In this document: piece by piece, positions 35,670-36,483 of the stretch
Layout: every line of letters starts with the position of its first letter
How positions within the stretch are numbered: the first letter of the stretch is position 1
Source of the DNA: Pseudomonadota bacterium
Lineage (GTDB): Bacteria > Pseudomonadota > Gammaproteobacteria > Chromatiales > Chromatiaceae
Reading direction: 5' to 3'
Length of the DNA stretch: 36,483 nucleotides
Assembly (NCBI GenBank): GCA_039714955.1
Contig: JBDLIF010000001.1
Location: 1-36,483 of the forward strand
Program-made: the position numbers and the translations under genes
Notes under the pieces: generated by a model
What the model saw: only the letters and a program-made list of their open reading frames with translations
Told to the model about the DNA's origin: nothing
Databases searched by the model: none

Positions 35670-36483
35670 TCAAATTCCCGTCGACTCATTGTGACGTTGT
35701 AGTCCATATTTACGCAGCTTTTCCACCAGTGTTGTGCGCCGCATATGCAGCCGTTTGGCGGCATGTGCCACGACCCCGTCTGATTCATCCAGGGCCTGTT
35801 GGATCAGGCTCAACTCCAGGGTATTGAGGTGGGCCTTCAGGTCCAGCCCATCGCTGGGCAGACGCGGGACGTTGACGGTACTGTCTGGCTCATCTCCCTG
35901 GACCGTTACCTCCGGCAACTGCACGGTATCCATCAGGTTACCGACGGGCCTGAATTTCTCAGGCAGATCCGCCATGTCCACCACGCCATAGGGGTGCAGA
36001 ATGGCTAGCCGCTCAATCAGATTGGCCAGTTCACGCACATTGCCTGGCCAGCTGTAGTGGCTCAATGCCGCGATGGCCGATGGTGTCAGACGCACCGAAC
36101 CCCGTTTCTCATGCTCAATGCGGTGAATCAGATCATTCACCAGTACTGGGATATCCTCCACCCGTTCACGCAGTGGTGGCATATCGATGGGAAAGACATT
36201 CAGCCGATAGTAGAGATCCTCGCGAAACTCCCCACTCTGGATCGCCTTCTCCAGATTTCGATGGGTCGCGGCAATTATTCGGACATTGCAGCGGATGGTC
36301 TTGTTACTGCCGACCCGTTCGAAACTGCGTTCCTGCAGTACCCGCAGCAGTTTGACCTGCATCGGCATGCTCATGTCGCCGATCTCGTCAAGGAACAGGG
36401 TACCGCGCTCAGCCATTTCAAAGCGTCCCTGGCGGGTGGAGATGGCACCGGTGAAGGCACCTTTTTCATGACCGAACAGTTCA
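35670..36483 (-). CDS. fleQ: Sigma54-dependent flagellar master regulator FleQ/FlrA; the N-terminus lies outside the window
   Basis: The reading frame stays open to the window edge ([13 protein letters not shown]...[12 protein letters not shown]). C-terminal HTH ([20 protein letters not shown]). Lies upstream of fleSR. Confidence 0.8.
   Translation of the reverse strand, partial: ELFGHEKGAFTGAISTRQGRFEMAERGTLFLDEIGDMSMPMQVKLLRVLQERSFERVGSNKTIRCNVRIIAATHRNLEKAIQSGEFREDLYYRLNVFPIDMPPLRERVEDIPVLVNDLIHRIEHEKRGSVRLTPSAIAALSHYSWPGNVRELANLIERLAILHPYGVVDMADLPEKFRPVGNLMDTVQLPEVTVQGDEPDSTVNVPRLPSDGLDLKAHLNTLELSLIQQALDESDGVVAHAAKRLHMRRTTLVEKLRKYGLQRHNESTGI

Noticed and set aside
1-36483. CRISPR arrays, tRNA/rRNA genes, transposases, integrases and known defence genes
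   Set aside because: I found no short regularly spaced direct repeats, no tRNA-like T-arm or acceptor signatures, and no ORF with DDE, tyrosine-recombinase or serine-recombinase, nuclease or methylase hallmarks. The only repeats are the tandem duplication and the hairpin elements reported above.

Overview
A 36.5 kb chromosomal segment that looks proteobacterial. The fleQ-fleSR-fliEFGHIJ layout and the gsp genes suggest a gammaproteobacterium, but that is inference. I see five blocks. (1) 1-6616: a ~2.1 kb tandem segmental duplication carrying two paralogous secreted PD40/TolB-like beta-propeller proteins with Cys-bracketed DNDGDG C-terminal modules. These are divergently paired with an 11-haem c-type cytochrome, and a small secreted Gly/His/acidic protein follows. 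(2) 7147-11351: a visibly AT-richer island encoding a PrsK-like multi-TM/GAF histidine kinase, a PrsR-like sigma54-dependent response regulator and a Wza-like polysaccharide export lipoprotein. No exosortase or PEP-CTERM substrate is visible in the window. (3) 11770-22497: a type II secretion operon in the order gspG-H-I-J-K-L-M-N-D-E-F plus a trailing Sel1-repeat lipoprotein. No gspC or gspO is present. (4) 22500-27290: a small secreted 4-Cys protein flanked by two long hairpin elements, a 962 aa DUF349-type coiled-coil protein and an acidic secreted protein. (5) 27293-36483, minus strand: the flagellar genes fliJ-I-H-G-F-E, fleR, fleS and a partial fleQ, with two good sigma54 promoters. I saw no rRNA, tRNA, CRISPR array, transposase or integrase. 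My best candidate for an undescribed system is block 1, the duplicated propeller genes with the multihaem cytochrome and their unusually conserved control region. All calls come from reading the translations and the DNA by eye, with no database search.
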